Source of the DNA: Chiloscyllium plagiosum
Taxonomy: Eukaryota
Reading direction: 5' to 3'
DNA length: 64,000 nt
Assembly: GCF_004010195.1 (NCBI RefSeq)
Contig: NC_057751.1
Span: forward strand, 7,454,446 to 7,518,445
Position numbers and translations under genes: made by a program. Numbering within the stretch: position 1 is the first letter of the stretch; every line of letters begins with the position of its first letter. The notes under the pieces are model-generated. The model saw only the letters and a program-made list of their open reading frames with translations. It made no database searches and was not told the origin of the DNA. Shown one piece after another: positions 40,330 to 53,610 of this stretch.

Positions 40330-42530
40330 GGCTGAACAAAGAATCAGACCATGAAGACACTAAGTTCAGCATACCATACAATAGATGCCCATGGCATGCA
40401 AACCATATATGGCAGGTATAGACAATACAAAAGTCCAGTGATTCCCTCAAAGAGTATAAAAGTTGTCATAGTACACTTAGCAGGAAAATCAGGAGGGCAA
40501 AAAGGGACAGGACATAGCTTTGTCAAATAGAGTTAAATAGAATCCAAATGGGATTCTACAAATACATTATGCACCAAAGGGAAACTAGACAGAGAATAAA
40601 GCCGTTAAAATTCAGTAAGGCCACCTCAGTGTGGAACTGCAGGAGGTCATGAGATACGAAATAAGTATTTTGCATTATCGCTTACTGTGGAGAGGGATAT
40701 GGAAGAGAGAGGACATGGGAAATAATCAGCAATATCTTAAAAGTTCTGTTGGAAGCTAGGCAAGATGCCAGAAGACAGTCTCTCAAACTTAATTGAGGTT
40801 TCTGAAGAAATGGCAAAGATGATTGAATAAGTCAGAGTGGTGGACTTTGTCCATATGGACTTCAGATGATTGAGGACAGCAGAGCAGTGGACGTAATCGA
40901 TCAGGACTTCACTAAAGTGTTTGACAAGGTTCCTCGTGGTAGATTGGTTAGCAAGGTTAGATCACACAGAATACAGGGAGAACAAGCCATTTAGACACAG
41001 AACTGGCTCAAAGGTGGTAGGGGAGGGTTGATTTTCAGACTAGAGGCCTGTGACCAGCAGTGTACCACAAGGAGCCATGCTGGATCCACTGCTTTCTCTC
41101 ATTTACATAAATGATTTAATGAATGAATGAATATAGGAGGTAAGGTTAATAAGTTTGCAGATGACACCAAAATTAGACGCACGGTCGACAGTGAGGGCGG
41201 CGCTCGGAGTGCAGCAGTATCTTGATCAATTAGGCTGATGGGCTGAGGATTGACAGACGGAGTTTAATTTAGGTAAATGTGAGATGTTGCATTTTGGAAA
41301 GGCACATCATGGCAAGACTTACAAACTTAATGCTAAGATCCTGGGGAATATCACGGAACAAAATGACCTTGGAGTGTAGGTTGTTAGTTCCAGTGGAGCT
41401 ACGAAGACAGGAGAGTGAAGGCCACATTTGGTATGCTTGCCTTTATTGGTCAGAGCATTAAGTTGGGAGGTCAGTTTGCAGCTGTACAAGACATTGGTTA
41501 GGCCACTTTTGCAATATTCTGCACAATTCTGGGTTCCTTCCTTTCGGAAGCATGTTGTAAAACCTAAACGGGTCCAGAAAATATGTACAAGGATGTTGTC
41601 AGGGTTCGACGGTTTGAGGCATAGGGAGAGGTTGAACAGAGTGGGGCTGTTTTCCCTGGAGCAGAGGCGGAGGGGTGATCTTCCAGAGGTTTATACAATC
41701 ATGAAGGACATGGATAGGGTAAATAAACAAACTGGGGGAATCCAAAACTAGGGAAACAACAGCAGGAAATCCAAAAGCAGAATTTCTGTCCATCTCAGCA
41801 TGGCTTCAGCAAGGATAAATCACTTGATGAATTTGCTCGAGTTCTTGCAAGATCTAACACACAAAGTGGATGACAGCAATCCTGTATCAGTTGTCAGATC
41901 TGAACTTCCAGAGGATTAACATACAAGCTAACATTACATGAGGTCACAGTTCATTTGTTGGCTCCGAGGGAGGACTGGCTGACCAACAGACAATATGAAT
42001 TGGGATAAACAACTCTTTTTCATATTCGCAACGTAACTGAGTGAAGTGTCACAGGATTCAGTCTGAAGGCCTTGACTATTTACCATGTATATTAGTGACT
42101 GAGAATGATAAAAAGGAATTATTATGTTGTCAGGGTTTGAGGTTTTGAGCTATACAAAGAGATTCAATAGGCTGGAGCTGTTTTCCCTGGAGCTTCGAAG
42201 CTCAGAGGTGACCTTATTGAGACCTATAAAGTCATGCAGGGCATGGATAGGATAATAGAAATCTTTTGCCTGTGGTGGGGGAGGCCAGAACGAAGAGCAT
42301 AGGTTGAGAGAGATTGGGAATGCAAACTAAGGAGCAACTTCTTCACACAGAGTATGGTACATGCATGGAATGAGCTGCCAGACTAAGTGGTGGAGGCTCG
42401 TACAATTGCGACATTTAAGAGGGATATGGGCTGGGTGCTGGCAAGTGGGACCAGATTAGGTTGGAATATCTGGTCGGCAGGGACAAGTGGACCAAAGGAT
42501 CTGTTTCCATGCTGTATGACATTCTGACTC
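40330..42530 (+). mobile_element. Cluster of degenerate CR1/HER1-like LINE fragments
   Basis: RT remnants including aagtttgcagatgacaccaaa (KFADDTK) at 41151-41171, LYKTLVRPLL, and a 3' end near 42530. Confidence 0.85.
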
Positions 42531-43599
42531 TTATAGAAAATTCTACCTTCAACACTTGAGTAGATGCTAAATTAGGTGGTGAAGGGGACAATGAAGAAAT
42601 AAGACATTTACAAACAGGTGCCATAATTTCACAGATAGAGTCTTTAAAACAATCAACAGACAATCCATTTTGCAGTACACAAGTACTGATGAAAAACGAC
42701 TGGAGTGACCAAATCAAACGATTGCCAAACAGTCTTTAACACTTAATCTGCTGCCTGCTTACTGGGCATCAGATGGATTGGATCAACAATTACATGACAG
42801 AGAATGATTTGTGGACCATTCAGCAAGATGCAGTTTTTGTCAAGGTGTGGTAGATGGCACATGACCAGTTCTGAATGTGTTTTCTGCAGCATTAACTCCA
42901 ATCTGAAGTTTCTATGCCATTTTCATCTAGACAGACATTGACAACAATTTGGCTTTTGTTTCTTGGATCCAAATGTCTTGGTGGTAATAACTGATTTAGA
43001 TTTAGCCAAGATTATCACTTAGAATTATTTCCTTGGTAATAATAACCTGAACAAATGAACACCTGATTGTTAAACTATGCAAACGCCTGTTAGCTTCAAA
43101 ACTCCATTGACCAAATGATTTATTGACCCAAATGATCTTTGTGATAACAACGCCAACATATCCTTTTGCATATGTACAAACCTTCACCCAATAGCTGTAA
43201 ACCTTTTCAGACGTCAGGTGACCAGGGATGACAATGAAAGCAAGTCAAGTTCAGATCTGACAAATGATACAGTCAGCCTTTATTGCTTTGCATATAATCC
43301 AAATACTACTTCAAATAATGCAAAACATCTTATTTCTTCAGATACTGTCTCTTCCTGGGATGAATGGCCACCTTAAACAACAGACAGCCAAAACACAACA
43401 AGAATATGCTTATTCCTGCACAACTGAAGCTTCAGTCAAGTGAGGATCAACCACTTGGACTTGAAAACCTGGAATATTCATGGATCTTCTCAGATTTCTG
43501 GATGTTACAACAAATCACCTGCAAGCCACAAAATCAGAAGATGCCTGTGAAGGGACACGGATCCATCCAACTCAAACTTAAGAGCACAGAAAATAGGAA

Positions 43600-44950
43600 C
43601 AGGATGACATCATTCATGTTTCACAATCTCATCATCCAAATCAGTACCATGTTGCTCCATTCATTCAATATCCTTGGATCCATTTAGCCCAAAAAAAGTA
43701 TCTCACTCCTTGTTGAAAACAGGCTGCACTTTGGCCTCAAGTCTATATCCAAGCTCACTGCCTGGGTGAAGACATATCACATGCCAGTCCAACATGGCCG
43801 ACCCCATACACAGACTGCGATCCCTAACGCACGACTCCTGGTCTCGAGCATACTTTCCACATTTACCCTGTCTCGTCCTTTTAGAATTTTACAAGTTTCA
43901 ATCAGATTCTCCCGATGCTTACAAACTCCAGTAAATATCATGCAAAATCTGTTCCGTCTTCATACATTAGACCCCCCATCCCAAAAATGTGTGTATTAAG
44001 ACTTTGTTACACTTCCACCATAGCCAGATACTGTTCCTCAGATTTGCTGAGTTAAACTGCACACAATATCCTAGGTGTGGTCTCAGCAAAAGCCCACACA
44101 GCTGCAGCAACACATAATGCTCACATCTCCCAGCTCAAGGCCACCATAGAATTTGCATCAACTGCCTGCTGCATCTGAATGCTAACTCTTGATCATTGGA
44201 ACACAAGGACAGGTCTTTCCTGTTGCATCTCCCCTTTCCCATAAAATTGCCATTGAAATAAAATTCTTCCAGGATAACCTCACATTTATTCACAATAGGC
44301 TTTCTCTATCAAGTATCTTACACTTCGTCTCCTCATGTAAATCATTAACTTGTAACTACCTGGGGTCCAAGCATAAATTCATGCCCCATTGGTCTCTGAC
44401 TGCCACTCCAAGTGATCTACAAACTCCAACTAGTTGTTTCTTGTCACACAGCCATATAGCTACCAACAGGCCCTTTGGCCCACTCACCCATACTAATCAG
44501 ATAACCTCAAGTGAACTCATCCAATTTTGACTGTGTTTGGCTGACATCCCTCTAAACTTTACCAGTGGTTCTCCCTGTCCAAATGTCTTTGCAATGCTCT
44601 AATTCTACTAGCCTCACCACTTCCCTTTAGCATCTTTCCATTAAGACACCATCCTCTGCATGACAATGTTACCCCTCAGTTCCCTTTTGAAATGTTTCCC
44701 CTCTCACCTGAAACCTATGTCCTCAACTTTTAGACTCTTATCTTGGGGAAAAAGCTTTGACAATTCACCATACTAGTGCCCTTCATGATTTTATATATCA
44801 GTAGGTTATCCCTCAGCCTCCTATGGTCCAGAATAAAATGTATCATCTATGGAGGCTCTTGTTAGAACTCAAACCTTCCAGTCTCTAATGTTTGTGCAAA
44901 TCATGTTCACACACTTTCCAATTTAACTGCACCTTTTTTGTAGCAGGATG
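43600..44950 (-). mobile_element. Degenerate CR1-like LINE fragments
   Basis: Reverse-complement similarity to the LINE 3' regions elsewhere in the window. Confidence 0.6.
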
Positions 44951-45465
44951 TCAGCCACTTCTCCATTCAAATGATCCCATCATCTTGAATTTTGCATTCC
45001 AATATTTTCTTTAACACCTACTCAAAGTCTAAGTAAAACACAACCACTATTTCTCCCTTATAAACTCTTCTGGTCACATTCACAGAAAGTTCCAAGACAT
45101 TTGTTAAGCGTTATTTTCCTTCCAGAAACACATGCTGACTTTGTCCAATGCCAACACGGTTTATCAAGTAACTGTTTGAAAACAGTCTGTGATGGACTCC
45201 ACCAATATTGCAACAACCAAGTCTCTTCAACACTCAAAATAGAAAAATACAGTGCAATGGAAATTCAGGTCCAAACCCATGTGAAAAGAACAGCATTCAT
45301 TTTTCAAGTGCAGTAATCCTTACTCAAATCTCTTCTTCAATCCTTCTTCTAAACTCAGTTGTCTTAGTAACAGTTTCAAGTACAAGATGACCTTAAATGG
45401 TTGGAGAACAACTACAATTCAGAGGTATTATACATGCTACAGAACATTAAAAACACAGTACTCAC

Positions 45466-45538
45466 ATATTCCTTCACATTTTTTGTCTTCACAGCTTTAT
45501 AAGATGTATAGGCAGGATACAAAGTACCAAATGTAAGC
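45466..45538 (-). CDS. REEP4: REEP4-like exon 2
   Basis: cag|G CTT...TAT|gtgagt; LTFGTLYPAYTSYKAVKTKNVKEY; 73 nt. Confidence 0.92.
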
Positions 45539-46241
45539 CTGTTTTGTAAACAAAAAGTAGCAGTTAATTAACACATGGAAGATACCAAATTCACATCAAA
45601 TTTAGTGCAAGACAACAGTTAACACTTGTACATGACCAGGTGGGTCACTTAACACACACACACGCACACACAATGAAAAGCAGGCTACAGCTCACATGGG
45701 TGTCATTCAGAGTTGCAATGATAAAACCAAATTATATCTTGGCTTCAGAAACGTGTTTTTAAAAAAAACACATCTGTAAGGACCACCTCTTTTTTGGACC
45801 ACGGACTTCAAGTGGGTCAACATTCTGCTCTGAACAAGCGACCGGTCATAAGATTTCTGCAGTTGTAAAAATAAAATCCTGGAGCACATTCAGAGTTTTA
45901 CTCATGCCTTAATCAAACTATGAGTAAGATTTCCAGACAAATCGGCAACACCCATGCCTGCTCAAGACAATTCTGTCCACAAATAAAACATGACTGGCTT
46001 TTCAACTGGCAACACGTGCTCTGTTCAGGAAAGCTCAGCATAAATGGAATACAGGGAGAACTGGCCATTTGGATACAGAAAGTAGAAGACAGAGAGTGGT
46101 GGTGGAGGGTTATTTTCCAGATTGGAGGCTTGTGACCATTGGAGTGCCTCAAGGATCAGTGCTGGGTCCACTACTTTTCAACATGTGTATAAATAACTTG
46201 GATGTGAACAGAGGAGGTATAGTTCGTAAGTTTGCAGATTT

Positions 46242-46553
46242 GTGGGCGGCACAGTAGCAAGCACTGCTGCCTCACTGCACCAGAGACCCGGGTTGAAATC
46301 CTGCCTCAGGCGACTGACTGTGTGGAGTTTGCACATTCTCCCCGTGTCTACGTGGGTTTCCTCCGGGTGTTCCAGTTTCTTCCCACAGTCCAAAAATGTG
46401 CAGGTTAGGTAATTGGCCATGCTAAATTGCCCGTAGTGTTAGGTGAAGGAGTAAATGTAGGGGAATGGGTCTGTGTGGTTGCGCTTCGACGGGTCAGTGT
46501 GGACTGATTGAGCCGAAGGGCCTGTTTCCACACTGTAAGTAAGTAAGTAAGTA
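46242..46553 (+). mobile_element. HE1-like SINE with (AAGT)n tail, nested in LINE
   Basis: Head gtgggcggcacag; tail aagtaagtaagtaagta. Confidence 0.9.
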
Positions 46554-46733
46554 ATGACACCAAAATTGGAGGGTTAGTGAAGAGCGAAGGAGGTTACCTC
46601 AGATTACAAGATGATCTTGATCAAATGAGCCAAGGTCTGGGAGTGGCAGATGGAGTCTAATTCAGATAAATGCAAGATGCTGCATTCTGGGAAAGCAAAT
46701 GTTAGCAGGACTTATACACTTAATGGTAAGATC

Positions 46734-47040
46734 GTGGCACAGTGGTTAGCACTGCTGCCTCACAGCGCCTGAGACCCGGGTTCAATTCCCGCCTCAGGCG
46801 ACTGACTGTGTGGAGTTTGCACGTTCTCCCAGTGTCTGCGTGGGTTTCCTCCGGGTGCTCCGGTTTCCTCCCACAGTCCAAAAGATGTGCAGGTCAGGTG
46901 AATTGGCCATGCTAAATTGCCCGTAGTGTTAGGTAAGGGGTAAATGTAGGGGTATGGGTGGGTTTCTCTTCGGCGGGTCGGTGTGGACTTGTTGGGCCGA
47001 AGGGCCTGTTTCCACACTGTAATGTAATCTAATCTAATCT
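46734..47040 (+). mobile_element. HE1-like SINE (young), nested in LINE
   Basis: Very similar to the 617-937 copy; (AATCT)n tail. Confidence 0.92.
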
Positions 47041-47490
47041 AGGGAGTGTTGCTGAACGAAGAGACCTTGGCATGCAGGTTCATTGTGCCTTGAAAGTAGA
47101 GTTGCATGTAGATAGGGTATTGAAGGCTGCATTTGGTATGCTTTCCTTTATTGGTCAAAGTATTGAGTAGAGGACTTGGGAGGTCATGTTATAGCTGTAC
47201 AGGACATTTGTTCAGCCATTGTTGGAATATTGCATGCAATTCTGGTCTCCTTCCTATCAGAAAGATGTTTTGAAACTTGAAAGGGTTCAGAAAAGATTGA
47301 CAAGGATGTTGCCAGGGTTGGAAGATTTGATCTGTAGGGAGAGGTTGAATAGGCTGGGGCTGTTTTTCCTGGAGCAGAGGAGGCTGAGACGTGACCTTAT
47401 TGAAGTTTATAAAATCATGAGGGGCTTGTATAGGGTAAATAGACAAGGTCTGTGCCCTGCAATGGGGGAAGCCCAGAACTACAGGATGTA

Positions 47491-47812
47491 GTGGGTGGCA
47501 CAGTGGCTAGCACTGCTGCCTCACAGCGCCAGAGACCGGGTTCAATTCCCGCCTCAGGCGACTCTCTGTGTGGAGTTTGCACATTCTCCCCGTGTCTGCG
47601 TGGGTTTCCTCCGGGTGCTCCGGTTTCCTCCCACAATCCAAAAAAAAAAGTGCAGGTCAGGTGAATTGACCATGCTAAATTGCCCGTAGCGTTAGGTGAA
47701 GGGGTAAATATAGGAGAACGGGTCTGGGTGGGTTACGCTTCGGCGGGTCGGTGTGGACTTGTTGGGCCGAAGGGCCTGTTTCCACTCTAAGTAATCTAAT
47801 CTAATCTAATCT
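47491..47812 (+). mobile_element. HE1-like SINE (young), nested in LINE
   Basis: A and B boxes, (AATCT)n tail. Confidence 0.92.
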
Positions 47813-49427
47813 AGGTTTAAGGTGAGAAGGGAAAGATATAAAAAAGAGACCTAAGGGGCAACATTATTACGCAGAGTGTGGTGCATGTCGAGAATGGGCT
47901 GCCAGAGGAAGTGGTGGAGGCTAGTACAATGCAACATTTAAAAGGCATTAGGATGGGTATATTAATAAGAAGGGTTTGGAGGAATATAGGCTGGGTGCTG
48001 GCAGGTGGGACTAGATTGTGTTGGGATATCTACTCTGCATGGATGAATTGGACTGAAGGGTCTGTTTCCATGTTGTACATCTCTATGACTCTATACTAAT
48101 CCAAATTTGACCAGTTATGGGACAGGTTACTGCAGCCTTGTGTTTGGACAACACAGTAAGAGATTCAGCCTACTTCTCTCACTCCTGTGAGAAGAACAGA
48201 ACATTGCCTGTCATTACTTATTTGTCTTCACCTTTTTTGAGCAGCTCTCCCACTTATTGCGCATCCCCACTAAAAGGGAAAACCACCTTCAGAGACACAG
48301 AGAGAATGCCCACCAATTCGTGAAAGGTTACATATACCCCCAATCGTGTCATCAGCAAAAAGGTCTGAAGTCTAAGAAAACTCATTGACCGTCAACTGGT
48401 GCTTTCAAAAGGTGCTCCCTTCTTGAGCTTGTTTGTGTTTTTATCTTTCTCCATCTGTCATCATATTTGATATATCAAAGACAAATCATATGTGTCTATA
48501 TCTTTCTCCATCTGCTGGCATGCATCAAATGAGGATTTTTACCTAGTTTCATGATAGATTCACAAAAAATTTTTTTTGGACTTTTGACACTGTCAGCATG
48601 ATTACAATAAATAGTTGCTTTCTTGTTCATGAAAAAGTAGTGTGCCTAGTTTCTTTCAAACTTGAAATGGATATCTGGATAGAAATGGGCAAAGGCTTGT
48701 TTTCATTCAAATATTGACACTTGAGACTACTCTGGGAACATAAGAATTTCTTTGTTGGGTTAATGTGTGAGAACACATATTTACCATTTTCACTGATGGC
48801 TGCATACAGGTTCAGCAACGAACCTATTCTTGCATCCTCAATTACAGGATCTCAAATTTCTCTGAATGAATATGAAAAATGATGACTGAATTGACAACGC
48901 AGAGCAAGGCATCAGATTTGCAGATCTTATATCACTCAAAGTATAATTAAATATTGAGCAGCTACTTGAGCAGGTATGTGACGTTTCCTGCAGTCTGGTC
49001 AAGTTTTGGAGGTTTATCACTCCTGACTGTTGCAACAAATCCAAAAGATTTTTTCAACAGGAAATAAAAGAGCTCAAAAGTGAACCAACATTTTGTTGTT
49101 GCACTGAAATTATGACTGTTCAAAACAAGCAGCATTTGAAATATGCCTTCAGTTGCAGGTGAAGCAGCATTCCTCCAGTTACTTCCCAACCAAGGTCAAA
49201 CCAAAAAAAACTAGGAGAACTGGCCACTCGCCTTGGACTGTACAAGTGTTTTATTAAAGAAAAAACTTAAAAACCTTTTACAAGTCGATATTTTTAGACA
49301 CATCAGAACCTCTGCCTTTATGACCCCTCCAAGAAAAAAGGACAGAATAACCATGCTGAAGGAAGAGAATCATCACAAGGTCAGACTTTTTCCAATAGGA
49401 AGTGAAGTATAAGAGCACAGCAGCATT

Positions 49428-49768
49428 CCACAGAATTCCTACAGTGTGGAAACAGGCCATTCGGCCCAACGAGTCCACACAGACTCTCCAGGAAGCATTC
49501 CACACAGACTCACCCCCGACTTTCTATAACTCTGCATTCCCCATGGCTAATCCACCTGGTCTACACATCTCTGGACAATATGGGCAATTTAGGATGGTTA
49601 ATCCAACGAAGCTGCACATCTTTGGATTGTGCAAGAAAACCGGAGCATCTGGACTAAACGCAAACAAACATGGAAAGATTGGTGCCAATCTGTGTGGAGT
49701 TTGCACAGACACGGAAATTGAACCCGGATCCCTGGCGGCAAGGCAGCAGTGCTTATCACTAAGCCACC
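49428..49768 (-). mobile_element. HE1-like SINE, diverged
   Basis: acagtgtggaaacaggcc tail; B-box remnant ggaaattgaacccggatc on +. Confidence 0.8.
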
Positions 49769-51740
49769 TGTATTCGTATATTTTAAAAATGGACCTCTGC
49801 CTGCAAGATGATAGTATGCACAGTTGCCTCTGCTCCTTCCCATTGCCTGCCAAATCCTACTTCTCAGCCCACTTATCTTGCGATCTGAAAGTTACTTGCA
49901 CTGAATCAGCCATGCAGCAGCCCTAATATTCTGGACTGTTGCAGCTCCTTCAGAATTCCTTTTGGCGTATCAGTCAGCCACCTATTTCTGTAGAAACAGA
50001 AGGCATGACAATCATTTCCTTACAAATCAATGCTGTGACCTTAGTGCTTTCTGCAGTCTCCCAAACTCAACCACACCCAAAACTTTATGTTTGCACTCAG
50101 ACTTGTTTTTCTGACTTAACACACCAGACAACTGTCCTAACACGTAGAACACGAGACATTACACATGATCTTATGTGCTGTTTTTATAACTATGATGAAC
50201 AGGAGTGCTCAGCTCTCAGAGTCTGTTCCACAATTCAAAGCTGACCGCCATATTACCTCCACTTGAGGATATGAAATCCAAATACAGGTTGAAGCAATTA
50301 GTTGCTGTCAAGAACTACCACTTAATACATACTCTTACAAACTTAGGTGGCAGTAAAATGGCTTCTTAACGCAAGTATGACGACAAAATGGCTTCCAGGC
50401 TGCAAATTGACAATTCTACTTAAAGCTGCATAAAATGGCTTTTCAGCCTGCTAAAGGTGCATAATTGACTAACCACAGTCTGCTTCTACAGAGATTAGCA
50501 GACAATGCTTCCTTTCCAGCATAGAAATAATGAGACTAGATAAGACATTACTGGCCATCCGAACTGACCTTCAAGTGCAAATGCAAAGACTACATTTGTG
50601 AGATAAGAATAGCGTCAATGTTGGAAAACAAAGTTGGCTCCCAGGAAATTTCATTGGCTGAGTGGCTGTCAATAAAATCATTGTTAATTAATTGGTAATT
50701 ATGTACGATTATGGCCTGTACCTCTCTGTAAAAGGGTAAAAATGTTTTGGTTTTAAGCCATGTGCGCAGCTCCCCTGAGAAACACTGAAGTGTTTAACCT
50801 CTGTTTCTGGATGATCTGTGCCCGGTTGTGTGTGAAATAAAGTGTGGCATCTTAAAGAACCAGACTGATTGTGAGTGTTTAATGGCTGATCGCATATCAG
50901 ACACACCCCGGCAGGGGTTGAGACCTTCAGACTCATTTTTGGGTTCGAATCTTGGATATATCCCTGGTGTGCAAAATATAACAAATTTCAAACTCTGCTT
51001 TGAGGAATGCAGCTAGTTAACTGTGCTCCAAATTGAATCCTGGCTTCATTCACAATTGATAGAATTTGGACAGCTCACCAACTGCACATATTTGAGATAT
51101 AACTCCGGTTCTGATTCTTACTCAGAGGTAGCTTTGATTCATCTTGATGAAACTGAAAATGCTCCCAGTGACTGAAATGGAAGCTCATTTGCAATGTGTT
51201 TCCCTCCTGTCTACCGAGGTCCTCGGAGGTTATCAGGAGGCCCAAGTCACTTCTCTCAAACTGACTTCCATTCATTTGACAACCACACAACTTATCCTCA
51301 ATGTTGTCCGATATCGTTACATATCCTGCACTCAGCTCACTTCCTCTCCTTATCAAACTGCCCTTAATGAAAGCACTTCCATTTGGGGAAGTTTCCTGTC
51401 CTGTTCCTGCATCTTTACCTCTGGTAACCCATAACAATCTAACCTTAACCTCCACACTCTGACGGGCGTGCTGACCCTGACCGGAAATACCCATAAGCGC
51501 AGCATTTGTTTTCATATGACACGAAATTCACCTCTATGTTATCACCACCTGTCTCAAACCTTCATATCGGACAGGCAGTCTGATAATTCAGTACACTTAT
51601 TAAACACAAATTTCCCCCAATAACTGGCAACACTTAAGCTGTCATCTTTGATTTCTGCTCCAAACTCCATTCTTCAAAGATCTTAGTCCATTCTCCTCCC
51701 TGCCAAAGCAAACTAAGCCATCCCTTTGACTAACTCAGTA

Positions 51741-53610
51741 TGTGACAATGCGACTCTTTAACAAGGTTACATTGTCCTTGGTTCTTTTCAGACCTGTCTG
51801 AAAGATACAGGTGCCTAGTTTTGATGGGTTTTAGGGCCAATTTGATTATGGCAAACAGATACTGCCTCAAGGAAAAGGCTTTCAGGTTTTAAAAAAAAAA
51901 CACTCGCACAACCAAAGAAGAGTGGCTAGTTCTCCTAGCTCAGCTTTTCCTCTAGTTTGGTTTAGGAGAAAGTGAGGAATGCAGATGCTGAAGATCAGAG
52001 TCGAGAGTGTGTTACTGGGAAAGCACAGCAGGCCAGACAACATCTGAAGAGCAAGAGATCAACGTTTCGGGCATAAGCCTTCATCAGGAAAGAGGCTTGT
52101 GGGCCGGGGCTGAGAGATGAATGGGAGGGGGTGGTTACCGAAGAAAGTGATAGGTGGATGAGGGTGAGAGAGAATGTGGCAGGTCAGAGGGGGGAGTGAT
52201 GGACAGGTCTGGAAGGCAGTGCTGAGTTAGAGGCTTGGGAACTGGGATAACGTGGGGGAGGGGGGAGTGGAATGAGACAGCTGTAGAAACCCATATTTAT
52301 CCAGTGTGGTTGCAGGGTCCCAAGGGGGAATATGAAGCGTTCTTCCTCCAGGGCGTCCACCACCTCCAAACAAACCCCAAAGGTATATTTCCCTCCCTAC
52401 CCCTATCAGTATTCCAGAGAGACTATTCCCACCGTGAGTCCCTCATCACGTCCACGACCACACATCCCCCCCTCAACAGCCCACACCAGACTCCTGGCAC
52501 CATTCCTTGCCAACGCAGTAAGTGTAAAACCTGCGCCCACACACTCCCCTCATCTCTGTCCAAGGCCCCATGGGAGCCTTGCACATTTGACATAAGTTTA
52601 CCTATACATCTACCAATGTCATCTACTGCATCGATTGCACCTGGGGAGACAGGATGGCTTCTTGCAGACCGTTTCAGAAAACATCTCTGGGACACTTGCA
52701 CCAACCAAGCCCATGGCTGAACACATCAACTCCCCCTCCCACTCAGTCAAGGACATGAAGATCCTGCACCTCCTCCATCGCCAAACTGTTAGCATCCAAG
52801 GCCTGGATGAAGGATGCCTCATGTTCCGCCTTGGGACCCTACAACCACATGAGATAAAAGTGAATTTCAACAGCTTCCTACTTTTCCCTCCCATCATATT
52901 TATCCAGTCCCAAGCCTCAGACTCGGCACCGCCCTCTGGATATGTCCAACACTCCCCCCTCTGACCTACCACCTTCTCCTTCACCTTCATCCACCTACCG
53001 CTTTCTCAGGTACCCACCCCACACCACCTCCCTTTTATCTCTCAGCCCCGGCCTACAAGCCTCATTCGTGATGAAGGCCTTATGCCCAAAAAGTCGATTC
53101 TCCTGCTTCTCGGACATTGCCTGACCTGCTGTGCTTTCCCAGCATCACACTCTTGACTCTTCTTTAGTTGGTTATGGCCTTATCAGTCTGGATGCTCACA
53201 GCAAGCAGTTTTTTTTCAGGCCGCTGGTCAAAGAAACAGTGACACGGAAGAAGGTGTTCTATGCTGAATCTCTCTGCCATCTCTCTCTCTCCAGTAAGAC
53301 AGTGTTTGATTTTACCTTTTTTGCCAAGGGTTGTTCACGGGGATTGTTGCAAGAATTTGGAACAGGAGCATTAAGTTGGTATAATGTGTCGGGTTTTCGG
53401 ATAAATTATTCTATATTCTGTTCCCTTGTGTTTCATTCAGTACTCTAAATAAATACTGTTTTGTTTAAAACAGAGGGATTTTGACCAACTGCATGACTCT
53501 TGGAATCTGCACTTTTCATGTGCTCAAATCAACTAGAAATGTTAGGGTCTGGGCTACCTTCTTGAAATGTTTTGATGCCAGTATTTGACCCTAACCTCAT
53601 TTGTACGACA
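51741..53610 (+). mobile_element. Possible solo LTR, split by the Penelope insertion
   Basis: Starts tgtgac and ends gaca, has a CT-repeat and an AATAAA near 53448; similar words flank the Penelope insert; no clear target-site duplication. Confidence 0.35.
51962..53160 (+). mobile_element. Penelope-like retroelement relic: 3' ORF end (GIY-YIG region) flanked by inverted terminal repeats
   Basis: PCQRSKCKTCAH, GETG..LADRFRKH, EHINSPSH, FRLGTLQPH...FNSF on +; inverted copy of the C-terminus (EEERFIFPLGTLQPH) on - at 52184-52369. Confidence 0.85.

Larger units (their letters stand above)
46025..48095 (+). mobile_element. CR1/HER1-like LINE 3' half interrupted by three SINEs
   Basis: [13 protein letters not shown]...KFAD/DTK, LEYCMQFWSP...RERLNRLGLF, 3' end at about 48095; the sequence resumes colinearly after each SINE. 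Confidence 0.9.

Noticed and set aside
46734..46800. tRNA genes
   Set aside because: The A/B-box sequences are SINE heads continuing into the SINE body; they are not complete tRNAs.
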